64,000 nucleotides of DNA, from contig OX597833.1 in the NCBI GenBank assembly GCA_951406725.2, positions 19,964,001 to 20,028,000 on the forward strand. Reading direction: 5' to 3'. The stretch comes from Octopus vulgaris. Taxonomy: Eukaryota. The translations under genes were made by a program, and so were the position numbers. Within the stretch, counting starts at the first letter, position 1. The number at the start of each line of letters is the position of its first letter. This document shows positions 25,225 through 36,650 of the stretch, piece after piece. The notes below the pieces were generated by a model. That model was given only the letters and a program-made list of their open reading frames with translations, did no database searches and was not told the DNA's origin.

Positions 25225-26567
25225 TTACATATATGCATATAATATATATTTATATATATATATTGAGAAAGAGAGAGTGCTCTCTACTAGCCCCACCGAC
25301 TTGTGTGTTCCACCCACATATAGCAAAACTCTTCACACACCCTCTCCCAACAAACCAATCTACACCTCTTCCCTTCCTCGCATTTCCTTCTTCATACACT
25401 ATGCCTTCCTCTCACTCCCCAATCTTGTCCTCACAGTTTCAAACACAGCCTAGTTGTTGTTCTTTGCTGAATAAACCAATGTTTAAAGGCATTCCAGCCA
25501 TAACCATCTTGCCTTCTCCAGACAGTTTATCTAGGACTACACAATTCAATGTATCCATCCCTTTTGTTCTTTTACGTAAAGTAGCGTGTAATGAGGGAGA
25601 TTATTTTATTATGTAGGTATGAGATATGGACGACCATGTTGAGGCATCTTCATTGGCTTGAATATATTGAACACATCCGAGTGATGAGAGATAATTTCTA
25701 AATCTGCTGACATCCACATTGACAAGAGCTCTTAACCCTCTTGGGACACCCAGGGCAATTGATCATCCCAAGTGATGCAAGCTGAAAGGATTTTGAGGCT
25801 GGTTCATCGGCCTAATGGAACAAATGTTGTGAATGGTTAGTTATGAAGTGTAATAGTTAATCAGAGATCATCTTTTAGTAGTTGTATCTCAAAAGAAAAA
25901 ACATTTTGGTCGTTTTGGTTACACATACCAAAACACTGCGTGTCTCAAAATGGTTAATCATTCATTTACTAGGGAGTGAGGCATTATTTGGACTCATTTT
26001 CTAGGCTTATATAAGCAGAAGAAAACTAGAAGAAAAACATCTTTGCTAAAGTAATTAATGTCCTGTCACAATACAAAATTGATGATTATATTCGTTTTGT
26101 GCCTAGAATAGCCTAATTTAAACAGAAGAAGAAAATAGTGGCAGATCTTTAAGTATCTCTTTTTTATAAATGACTTTCATAAGGCAAAAAAATACTGCTT
26201 TCTCATCAATTATGAATAGCACACAGTTAAACTAATTATGATGGTTTTTCACCAAGCCGTTTGCAGCAACTTCATCCAAAACAAAACTGATATTACAGCC
26301 ATATATCGGGGACTACTACATCACTGCATTGGTGACAAGTGTAGAGTACAGGTATGTCTCTCATTGGTTTCAGTCATTTAGTAGCCAGCCATATCAACCC
26401 CAGTAATTATTTCAGCTTGCTGCTTATTTTATTAAGATGCCAAGTTTAGGGACATGACATAATCAATAGTACTGGGTTTTTTTTTAGAAGGGGAGTGATG
26501 ACTAAGTGTTATGGTGTTGGTGGGGTAGGAGTACCAGCTTCAAAATCAAAAGTTGACATGGGGTTAA

Positions 26568-26927
26568 ACCTTTAGTGTTTAAACCAGTCATATCCAGCCA
26601 AAATATTCTACCTGTTTTATGTTGAAACTGTCAAGATCCAACCTCTTAACCTATAATGTCATTTTAGAAATATACAATATCACCAGACATATGGGATAAT
26701 ATAGAATTAATTCAAAAAAGATTATATTTGTGTTATATTGCAATACTACACAGTGGTTGTGTAAGCTATGAAATCCTCATCGCTACTGTTATTTCGCACG
26801 TTCGGATGACCTCTACTCAACTCCTCAATGTCTAGACTTCTCGCTCTATATCTACGTATTGGGCTAGCCTACTTCATTGTCTGGGGGTGTCAACACAATT
26901 TGACAGTGTAATCTGAATGCTAAAGGG
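26568..26927. mobile_element. piggyBac-type (TTAA) MITE interrupted by a solo-LTR-like insert
   Basis: TTAA|ACCTTTAGTGTTT ... GAATGCTAAAGGG|TTAA; uninterrupted homolog at 31412-31631. Confidence 0.75.
26731..26897 (-). mobile_element. 167-bp solo-LTR-like element
   Basis: Starts TGT, ends ACA, flanked by a perfect 5-bp direct repeat ATTTG (26726-26730, 26898-26902); absent from the sister MITE. Confidence 0.65.
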
Positions 26928-27044
26928 TTAATCTCCAGCAACATATTGAATACCAGTTGAAGAAGAAAAATTTAGCTTTTCAGAGAAATCTCAAAACATA
27001 AGGAGGAAGTACACAAAAACACATAGCTAAATCAAACAATTATG

Positions 27045-27340
27045 TAAGTTAAGTTAATTATTTGGCTCTAAAAGCAAAAAGCAAGGCCATGTAGGGGGAC
27101 ATGGAGTTATGTACAGGGTGGTGTTCATGCAAAGAGTTCAGGCCATTTGTGGTCAAGGGAGACTTTGAACCGAGCGGTCGTCGGCATCTTCACTATCTCG
27201 TCCGGCAGCTTATTCCACGGATCCGCAACCTGGACGGAGAAAGCCCCTCTCCTTCGATTGAGATGAAATCATCGCAGATAGAGCTTTTCAGAGTGATCCC
27301 GCAGCCGACGCTCTGGAGCAGGAGTGAAGAACACCTCTTT
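27045..27340 (-). mobile_element. CR1 LINE 3' fragment (a second family)
   Basis: Minus frame FFTPAPERRLRDHSEKLYLR*FHLNRRRGAFSVQVADPWNKLPDEIVKMPTTARFKVSLDHKW, a CR1-type C-terminus, then short UTR and (TAACT)n tail. Confidence 0.85.
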
Positions 27341-28134
27341 CAAGAGGTTACACTTTCCGCTTATGATGTTGTGAACAACTGAAAATGATTGCATTTGAAT
27401 GAATTTCTTTCTTTGTTTTTAATCTTGTTTACTTTGTCACTTAGGTGACCAAAAAATAAGTAAAACTCACCAAACATCCCAAAACAAAGCATATTACCAA
27501 CACAGCAACTATTTAACTAGTTGAGAGCAAAGATCATGGTTAGAGGATGGGTTTTTTAGGAATGGTGATTCAGCTGTAAGAATTCCTAAAGCAACAATTC
27601 TAAGATATCTAATTTGACAAAACTAGCTAACACATATTAGCCCTGAGAAAAATAGATACAAAATGTGTTAAGAAAGTTCATTAAGTATTGTTGTCATGAA
27701 ATGTGTTTTTACACCTAGCATATTATTTGATCAGACTTAAAAGATTGTAGTCCACAAAAGAGAATGTTTATGGATTGGTGACATAATTTCTATAACCGTT
27801 CTAGAGTTAGCCTGACTGCCATTCAGTACAAATAATAGCCATACCTTCCAGCCCTACCAAACACTTTTGTTTCTTTATTGTAACATATGTCACCTGATGA
27901 CTGAGAAATATGTTGCTAACAGAAGGAGGTATTCAATAACTCAGGATCCACTACTAACAGCTTAGATATCAACAGCAAATACACCATATCATATGCCTTT
28001 TTTTTTTTATTACACATACACACAAACTAACATGGCTTAGAATTAGTGGTCCTCTGGACATCACTACAGAATACACCAAACTACATTGTTTGATAGTTGC
28101 AGGACCATGAGCAAAGTAAGACTCCCACAATAAT

Positions 28135-28665
28135 CTAGGAATTACAACCGTGTTTCGTGGTCTGCTACCACAACAGCTCCTTTATAGGATCCAGTTAGCT
28201 TAAGACATCATCAGGAGGAACCACGTCCGGTTTCGGCCCCTACTTCTCTACTGTTTTGACGTGGCGGGGCCCCCCCTTTCGGAGGTGTCTTCAGCTCTAG
28301 TGTTGGTAGCATGTCTTCTTTCTTCTTCTTTCTTCTGTTCCCTGGCCTCTTCAATGTATCGTCAGCGAGTGTCAACCAGTGACTGACTGTCTTGTCAAAT
28401 TTTTCCTTTAAATACCTGCCGCATAGGCTCCAACAGGCAGCCCCAGCAAGTTGTCACGTGACACTGTCTCACCTTAACTGACTAGTGAAGGCGCGTAGTT
28501 TTAGCCCGCACTTTTTCTAAACGACTGTCACCTGTCAGTCAGCTTGTCTCACCTAGTGATGTTATTTCCTGTCAGTGTGTTTATGACTTTCAAGCCATTT
28601 TCGGTCTTCCCGCTTCAGCCATATATAGAAGCTGGCTTTTTCGACCGCCTCCTGTACTCTCCTTT
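28135..28665 (-). mobile_element. CpG-rich insertion with tandem hammerhead-like cores (Penelope-like?)
   Basis: Minus strand CTGAAGA...GGCCCC..GGGGCC-GAAAC followed by CTGATGA...GAAAC. Confidence 0.4.
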
Positions 28666-30189
28666 ATATGAATAAATGAAGGAGATAAACTGGCTCCAGG
28701 TAACAAACAGAAGTTTCTTCCACTTCAGCAGGTGTCAGGATCAAACTCTACCAAGTGTTTTCTCCATAATGAAAGCAATACTATCAACTCTATATGAAAG
28801 GAAAGCTATATAAATAGTTAACATACTAACAAAATAAGAATGCAGATAGACTGGCCTAGTTTTCACTGTTACTCACTCAGTCAAGGAAGTTTGTTATGCT
28901 TTGATGGTGATGATGAAAGCCTAGACATTGGTTTACACGGCTTGTTTACTGCTCTCATTTTCGCTTTCTTAACAACAATAATAGTTGGCCAACTAACTAA
29001 TGGAAAAGAATCTGCAGGAGATCTCAGCAGTCTATTGCCGACACCAAAGCAAGATGCAAGATCAGTGTCAATATGCATATATATATATTATTTTGTCAGT
29101 CCAATAGCCCTTGCATAAGCCTGAAGGAAAGCTAATTATAAAGAACAGCAGCCAGTATGTGTGTTTAGTAAAAAAAAAAATACACTAAGTAAACAAAGAC
29201 ATCAAATAACTTATGAAATACTGCATTTACTGATTCACATATTTCTCTCATCAATTCTGGTTGAAGGTGTTAGCAACAGGAAATTCTGTTATTCCTAAAT
29301 TAGTCTTTATGGCAAATGAGCAGAAAATGTTAATAACTTTTCTATGCACTGCTATTTGTGCTTATTATAATACTTTTCATTCAGACATGTTGTTCACCTT
29401 TATATAATACATACAATATTCCTCTGTGAGAGAAAATAAATTTCACCTCCTCACCAGCCAACAGAATCATTATATTTTCATAGGTTTTACATTAGGAAAC
29501 TAATCTTTTATCTCAATATTTTCCCCATTATTAGGTAGTTTAAAAAAAAAAATATTTTTCATCAGCCCCAGGACTCATAAGATCAGTTACCCAGTTTCTA
29601 TTGGTGTATAAACAACCAAGATTACGACATTTTCCAAGATGGGATGCTAGTCTGTTGCTGGGTTGAGGGCCAACAGCTTAGAGGGAAAGAGACAAGCCAA
29701 TTACACTGACTCCAGTACTTGACTGCTACTCTATTCAATCAACCCCAAAATGATGAAAGACAAAGTGAAGCTTAGTGGGATTTGAACTCAGAATGTGAAG
29801 AGCTGCAAAAATAATGTTAAGCATTTTGTCTGATATACTAACAATTCTGCCAGTTTGCTGCTTCATCAAATAATTTAGCCCAGTATTTTTTCAACAGGAC
29901 AGCAATAGTATACAAAGATGGTACCAAGATTTAAATTGCCAGGTTCAAAATGTTAACCCACAACAGTTTTCTTAGAATAAAACAAACTGAAATTGCTCTT
30001 TCTGCTTATGTTTTGAGATTCTCTGAACATCTATAGTTTTCTACATCAATTAATGTTTATAATCATACATTTACTTAGTGATTATCCCATTACTACTTCA
30101 GTGAGTATAGTGAAATCTATGCTTCACTGATGAGGCCATAAACAGACCAAAACATAAGGTCATAAGATACAAATTTCTCCATAGTATCT

Positions 30190-30530
30190 TTCTTTTCTTC
30201 ATTTTACTTGTTTCAGTCATTAAACTGCAGCCATGCTGGGGTACTGCCTCGAAGAATTTTAGCTGAACTAATCAACTGCAGTACTTATTCTATCTGTCTC
30301 TTTTGCCAAATTGCTAAGGTATTAGGACATAAACACACACACACACACACATATATATACAACAAGCTTCTTTCAGTTTCCATCTTCTAAATCTACTCAC
30401 AAGGCTTTGGTCAACCCAAATCTATAAGTAGGAGAAGGCTACTTGCCCAAGGTGACATGCAATGAGAGTGAACCTAGAGCCATGTCGTTGGGAAGCAAAC
30501 TTCTCACCATACAGCCACGCCTGCACCTAG
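30190..30530 (-). mobile_element. SINE-A, diverged
   Basis: Consensus match. Confidence 0.85.
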
Positions 30531-31411
30531 TAGTCAAAATAAATTTCAAAAATATATCAAATTTTTAACTAAAGAGTTAGGGGTTCATACTTTGTCACTG
30601 GCACTATGCTGTGTCATGAGTGGAACCCCACCACCAAAAAAACACTGAACCTTTCTTACCCCTGCTTTCCAAGCAGTCAACCATGTAAAAATATAGAAAG
30701 AATGATTTGGTAATATCTCACAAACCTAATAAGTAGCTTAGGGGTTTATGTGTGCAAGAGTTAATCTTGTCACACAATGCACTGAGGCCAGTACTTTCAG
30801 CAGATTTATTCAGAAATGAGATACTAGCAAAAGGGAAGTGTAAACATGTTTGTAACAAATGTCAAATATTTCATTGAATTTAATATGCACCAAAATATGC
30901 TGGTATTAATTTACTCCATAGCACTGATATTTAAACATTTCAAGGTCTAATGTTATGACATGTTAACCAAATTTTCGGTTCTTACTTCTATGTTTTTTTA
31001 ATTTCTTTTTGTGGCCTAGATAAACAGAGGCAGGGCAACATGCATGACCTTTATTGTGGGGCCTTCAAGAATGGCAAAAGAAAGAGAGGAGCTTACGATA
31101 AGGCCTGAATATTTGCAACAGTGTAAACTCAACTAAAGGTAGCAAAGGATTAGGTGTAGGTACTGAACCAGAAAACAGATTAAGTCTACTCACCAAAGGA
31201 CAAGTATAGTCTATCCAATAGGCTTTTAAACAGTTCCCATCTACCAAATTTCACTCATGAACACTTGGGGTAAACCAAGGCTATAACAGGAAGCACTTGT
31301 CTAAGGTGCCCTCACAATGGAATCAAACCAGTTAATGTTCTGCCCATAGTATCTTGTCAAGATTACCTTATGTTTTATCTGGCTTTACATTATATCTGAT
31401 ACAATTATTAA

Positions 31412-31631
31412 CCCTTTAGTGTTTAAACGGGCCATATCTGGCCCAATTATTCTACATGTTTTATATTTGAACTAGCCATATCTAGCCTCTCACACCTAAC
31501 CTACACTGACATTCTAAAAATAAGTAATCACATTATTGAAACCTCAAAGCTATGAGATAATGCATGATTAATTCAAAACAATTTGAGTGAAAAAGCATTA
31601 CATTTAACAGAGTAATCTGAACATTAAAGGG
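31412..31631. mobile_element. piggyBac-type MITE
   Basis: TTAA|CCCTTTAGTGTTT ... GAACATTAAAGGG|TAAA. Confidence 0.75.
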
Positions 31632-31799
31632 TAAAGGTATTTTATGGCATATAAAGTAGACTTTTTCCACCAAAAAAATTGTCTCATAGATCACCCTTGT
31701 TCCTACATGTGAAGTTGGATCTCCCGTAAGCTTTAATGCAGAAAAAAGCTATTTTTTCCTGAATACAATTAGTCCACATTATTTTGTAAGGAGCACAGG

Positions 31800-31985
31800 G
31801 TCAGTTTCTCTGGTGTGTATATTCTTCCCTAGACAGGACACCGGTCAGTTGCAGAATTACTCGTGTTTATCAGCTGAGTGAACTGGATCAGCATAAAATG
31901 AAATGTTTTGCTCGAGAACATGACACATCAACCAGTCCAGGAATTAAAACCACAATCTCACGATGAGTCCAGTATCTTAAGCTAT
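31800..31985 (-). mobile_element. SINE family C (tRNA-like head), degenerate
   Basis: Shares CAGCTGA(G/A)TG(A/G)ACTG and GAA..AACC(A/C)CAATCT with 57590-57835, which has B box GGTTCGATTCCC on the minus strand. Confidence 0.55.
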
Positions 31986-32004
31986 GTGTCTTTCTTTTCT
32001 TTTA

Positions 32005-32379
32005 TTTCTTTTATTTGTTTCAGTCATTTGACTGCAGCCATGCTGGAGCACCGCCTTTAGTCGAACAAATCAACCCCAGGACTTATTCTTTGTAAGCCTA
32101 GTACTTATTCTATCGGTCTCTTTTTGCCGAACCGCTAAGTTACGTGAACGTGAACACACCAACATCGGTTGTCAAGCGATGGTGGGGAGACAAACACAGA
32201 CACACAAACATACACGATGGGCTTCTTTCTGTTTCTGTCTACCAAATCCACTCACAAGGCTTTGGTCAGCCCAAGGCTATAGTTGAAGACACTTGCTCAA
32301 GGTGCCACGTAGTGGGACTGAACCGGGAACCATGTGGTTGGTAAGCAAGCTACTTACCACACAGCCACTCCTGCGCCTA
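32005..32379 (-). mobile_element. SINE-A, full length
   Basis: A box TGGCTGTGTGG, B box GGTTCAGTCCC, CORE-like ACCTTG(A/G)GCAAGT, tail GCAGTCAAATGACTGAAACAA. Confidence 0.95.
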
Positions 32380-33242
32380 CATTTTCCTGTCTCTACATTT
32401 GTCCTCGAAATGCATTGCTAAAATTGGGGAGCATCTAATATACCCATGCATCTTTTATGCTATCAAATATGGGATAAATAAAATCTTTGGAAAGGAATTG
32501 AATGAAATGAAGTAGAATTATAGAATATGTAAATACACACACACACAGAGGATACTTTTCGATTTCCTTCTCAAAACATTTGAAGAGAACATGTTAATGG
32601 ATTTCTTCAAAGCCTGAAGAATGCTACAGTAAGCAGCCACAGTCTAGAGACAGTTAAATTATATCAAAGGGTGACTTACACTCTAACAGGCTAATTATTA
32701 TATATTGATAGAAACTATATATAAGATAGATCTGAGATTAAGCACAAACGCAGTGAAGCTTCAAGCAGTTTTTAAAATGGAATCAATATTCAACTCTGTC
32801 AAAGAATTTATATTTTTGTGTCAAGTAATACTGTGAAAAAAAAAAAAAAGTAAACCAATCTGCTGATTTTGCAATTGTTTTTTTTTTTCTCACCTTTTTA
32901 TCCTTCTTCTTTATACAGTATTGTGAGAGATTTAAATGTTAACCAAAATAATGCTTAAGATAGTTTTATCCAATTTTTTTTCTTGTCAAGTGTTTGGTCT
33001 ATCTTTATACATTATAGAAGAAATTATCAAAACTTGTTTTGCATAGCTATTTTACTTTTTCGCTTTTATCACAGGTTAGCTTCAAAGAAAGATGCTTTAA
33101 ATGCTAAGTATTCAAGTAAAAATCTTTAATATCACACTTGTTAGAAAACATAGCAGGGAAACAGTAAATTCCCTTCTCTTCATATGCACATTGTTTCTCT
33201 GTTGAGCTTCATGTTAGTCAGAAGTCCTTTCATACAACTCTC

Positions 33243-33449
33243 TCTTTACTCTTTTACTTGTTTCAGTCATTTGACTGCGGCCATGCTGGAGCACCGCCTT
33301 CAGTCGAGCAAATCGACCCCGGGACTTATTCTTTGTAAGCCCAGTACTTATACTATCGGTCTCTTTTGCCGAACCACTAAGTAACGGGGACGTAAACACA
33401 CCAGCATTGGTTGTCACGCAATGCTAGGGGTACAAACACAGCCACACAA

Positions 33450-33482
<33 letters not shown>

Positions 33483-33656
33483 CATATATACGACAGGCTT
33501 CTTTCAGTTTCCGTCTACCAAATCCACTCACAAGGCATTGGTCGGCCCGGGGCTATAGCAGAAGACACTTGCCCAAGATGCCACGCAGTGGGACTGAACC
33601 CGGAACCATGTGGTTGGTTAGCAAGCTACTTACCACACAGCCACTCCTGCGCCTAC
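33243..33656 (-). mobile_element. SINE-A, full length and young
   Basis: As above, CpGs largely intact, (GTAAAAGA)n tail. Confidence 0.95.
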
Positions 33657-34020
33657 AAATAGCTTCTTCCCATAAACTGCTGCTCTCTGGAACTCATTCA
33701 TCTTGTTTTCCTTTGTATTGTGGTATTCACTCCTTTAAGCCCTCTGCCAATCAACATAATTTGAATTTGTAGGCTCCCTTCTTTTCTTTCTTTATTGTCC
33801 CTTACACTATAGTGATCTCAAGTCTTCTTCGGGACATAATCATAAAAAAAAGACATGTGGTAAGAAGCTTGCTTCCCAACCTCATGGTTCTGTGTTCAGT
33901 TCCACTGTGTGGTACCTTGGGCAAGTGTTTTCTACTATTGTCTCAGGCCAACCAAAACCTTATGAGTAGATTCGGTAGATGGAAACTGAAAGAAGCCCAT
34001 CCAACATATGTGCATGTGTG

Positions 34021-34715
34021 TAAAATATCTGGTGGTGTGGGTTATGGTCTAGTCACCCGTATTGTAAATCAGGTGGTTCACAAAGGAGTCATACCCAATG
34101 ACTGGTGTAGCAGCACTATAGTCAACTGTTACAAGGGTAAAGGTGATGCCTTAGAGAGAAATAATTACAGAGGTATCAAATTATTGGGTCAGGTAATGAA
34201 ATTAGGGAGAGAGTTAGCCTAGATGAAATGCAGTTTGCTTTTGTGCCAGGGAGAAGCACCACAGATGCTATATTTCAGGTAAGGCAGCTGCAGGAGAAAT
34301 ACATATCCAAAAATAAACCTCTGTATTTGGCCTTTACTGACTTGGAAAAAGCCTTTGACAGGGTCCCCTGACCCCTTATCTGGTGGTCAATGTGGAAACT
34401 AGGGATAGATGAGTGGTTGGTGAGAGCTGTCTTCATACTCTAATTGCTTTATCTACCAAGGTACTGTCAATTCAAATAGCTGGTCCCTCTGTTGGGTCGA
34501 CATTTGGGCAAACTCTCTCCCACTCCTCCTCTTCATGTAGCAACTTTTCATAGTAGCATCTCCAAGTCTCTCTCTTTGCAGCATCATGATTCTCTCTCGT
34601 ACACTGTCTTGTAATACAAGACACTTCAAGTCTCTGGTCCTCATGATGCAGAACATTGGCAAATTTTTTCTTATCTGCTTCCCCACTGGCTAAGTAAACC
34701 TGTCCCCAGCTTCCC
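34021..34715. mobile_element. Rearranged RTE RT fragment inside SINE-A (33855-34960)
   Basis: Plus 34021-34430: IPNDWCSSTIVNCYKGKGDALERNNYRGIKL, MQFAFVPGRSTTDAIF, LAFTDLEKAFDRVP; minus 34430-34715: the upstream part ...WRCYYEKLL...VDKAIKSMK. Confidence 0.9.
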
Positions 34716-35149
34716 TTCTGGCAATATGACACAGTTGATGGATGGATGGATGGATGGATGTGTCTGTGTTTGATTCCCCCATCACTGCTTGACAACCGGT
34801 GTTGGTGCGTTTGCATCCCTGTAACTTAGTGGTTTGGCAAAAGAGAATAATAGAATAAATACTTGGCTTAAAAGAGAAGCTCTGGGGTCGATTTGTTCAA
34901 CTAAAACCCTTCAAGGCAGTGAACCAGCAAGGCCACAGTCAAATGACTGAAACAAATGAAAAAAAAGAAGAAGAAAAAAAAAGAATCTATAAAATGGTGA
35001 CTAAGTAGCAGGTAATTTAGCATTGACTAGAAAGCTTTGTACTGTTTGTTCCAGCTATCTATGTTCTGAGTTCAAATTCCACGGAAGTCAACTTTGCCTT
35101 TCCTCCTCTTGAGATAGGAAATAAAGTACTTGTCCAGAGCAGTGAACAA

Positions 35150-35400
35150 GCTGAATGGTTAGACCATCAGACAGACTTGCTTGTAGTATCTGTTCCAGCT
35201 GTTTGCATTCTGATGGTGACACCTGCAATGACGCTGGTGTGAAACTCTATGAGCCTTTGCTTTTCTCTCGGACAACATTGGTGATGTGGAGAGGGAAGGC
35301 TTGTCTGCATGAGCAATTGTTGGCCTTTCTATGCTTTGGAGAGAAACTTCCCAAGTGCAAATCCATAGTCTCGTGAGACACATGGAAACCTTGGACAATG
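35150..35400 (-). mobile_element. Highly degraded RTE-like C-terminal fragment
   Basis: Faint ET.DL and WSNH pieces resembling ETWT...RWSGH; heavily frameshifted. Confidence 0.35.
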
Positions 35401-35414
35401 ACATTTCTGAATGC

Positions 35415-35595
35415 ATAGGAAAAAGAGAACATAGATATAAACTATTATGTCTGGGGAGAGTCATTTTCTTTTTGTGCCTTATAATTTAACACACTCACAG
35501 GTAAAATTTCCACTTATTTCTTATTTTCATTTTCATAAAATTATTGTTGCGTCTTGCAACCTTTTCAAAAGGTTGCAAGACGCAATGAAAATTTG
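35415..35595. repeat. Foldback E: perfect 19-bp arms at 35547-35585 capping a pLTR-like relic
   Basis: TTGCGTCTTGCAACCTTTT-C-AAAAGGTTGCAAGACGCAA followed by TGAAAATTT. Confidence 0.7.
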
Positions 35596-36052
35596 GTAAT
35601 GGATGGGACACTAAACACCCTTGTTTGAAAATATATGGATGCAGATAGTGTATCATATAGCCAGCTGGAGACGATGTTTACTGGGGTTAAATAACAGTAA
35701 CAATTGTCCTAACCAGGACTACCACATTATATTGGCAAATAATCTTTACAATATGTAATTCATTTAATTTAAAAGCTATTTGCTTCATTAGTGGATTCTT
35801 CCTCATCAACCCTTTCAATCCAGAGCTCACCAATAAACTGTTTGTTTTCTAGGGTTATTTTTTTTGCCAACCACCATTATTACAACAGACTAAGGTGGCA
35901 AACTGGCAGAATTGTTAGCATACCTTATGAATGGATTTGGTAGACAGAAACTGAAAGAAGCTAGTCATATAGTATCATCATCATCATTTAACATCCATTT
36001 TCCATGCTAGCATGGGTCGGTCTGTATATATATATATATATATATATACTTC

Positions 36053-36207
36053 ATTTAAAAGCAGCAGAAATATAACAAAAGCTGTTACTCAGAGTTTCAT
36101 GTTCCTGCTCGTCAGACAGTTTGTTTTTTTTAATAAAACTGTGTGATGAACAGGAACGTGAAACTCTGAGTAAAAGCTTTTGTTATATATTTCTGCTGCT
36201 TTTAAAT
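36053..36207. repeat. Foldback D: ~70-bp inverted arms, each with a hammerhead motif
   Basis: Minus arm CTGT-CTGACGA-GCAGGAACAT-GAAACTC-T-GAGTA^ACAG (36082-36119); plus arm CTGT-GTGATGA-ACAGGAACGT-GAAACTC-T-GAGTA (36139-36172). Confidence 0.85.
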
Positions 36208-36267
36208 AAAGCATATTACTCTACCTCTGGTATTTGAGTACTCTTTTTCCACCTTGTTTCCCATTTA

Positions 36268-36324
<57 letters not shown>

Positions 36325-36432
36325 GTGTGTGTTTACTTATTCTGACCTCATGTGATAGCTGTAATCAAATGACTCTGAAATACAAGCTGTGTCATTCATT
36401 TCCAGTAAAATGTCTGACCATGGGGAAATATT

Positions 36433-36650
36433 GATCTCAAATTTTGGCACAAGGCCAGAAATTTCAGGAGAGGGGGGGAAGTTGATTACATTGACCCCAG
36501 TGCTCAACTGGTACTTATTTCACAGTCCCCGAAAGAGATGAAAGGAAAAGTCAACCTCAGCGGAATTTGAACTCAGGATGTAAAGACAGACAAAATGCCA
36601 CTAGGTATTTCGCTCAAGTGTGCAAATGATTTTGCCAGCTAGCCACAGTA
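36433..36650 (-). mobile_element. SINE-B (older tail) inserted into an RTE-tailed SINE with a 17-bp TSD
   Basis: GACCATGGGGAAATATT (36416) and GACCATGGGAAAATATT (36651) flank it. Confidence 0.75.

Noticed and set aside
28840-29118. Overlapping 92-aa and 65-aa ORFs
   Set aside because: No recognisable domain; a minus-strand GTGAGT donor-like site near 28878 is not enough evidence
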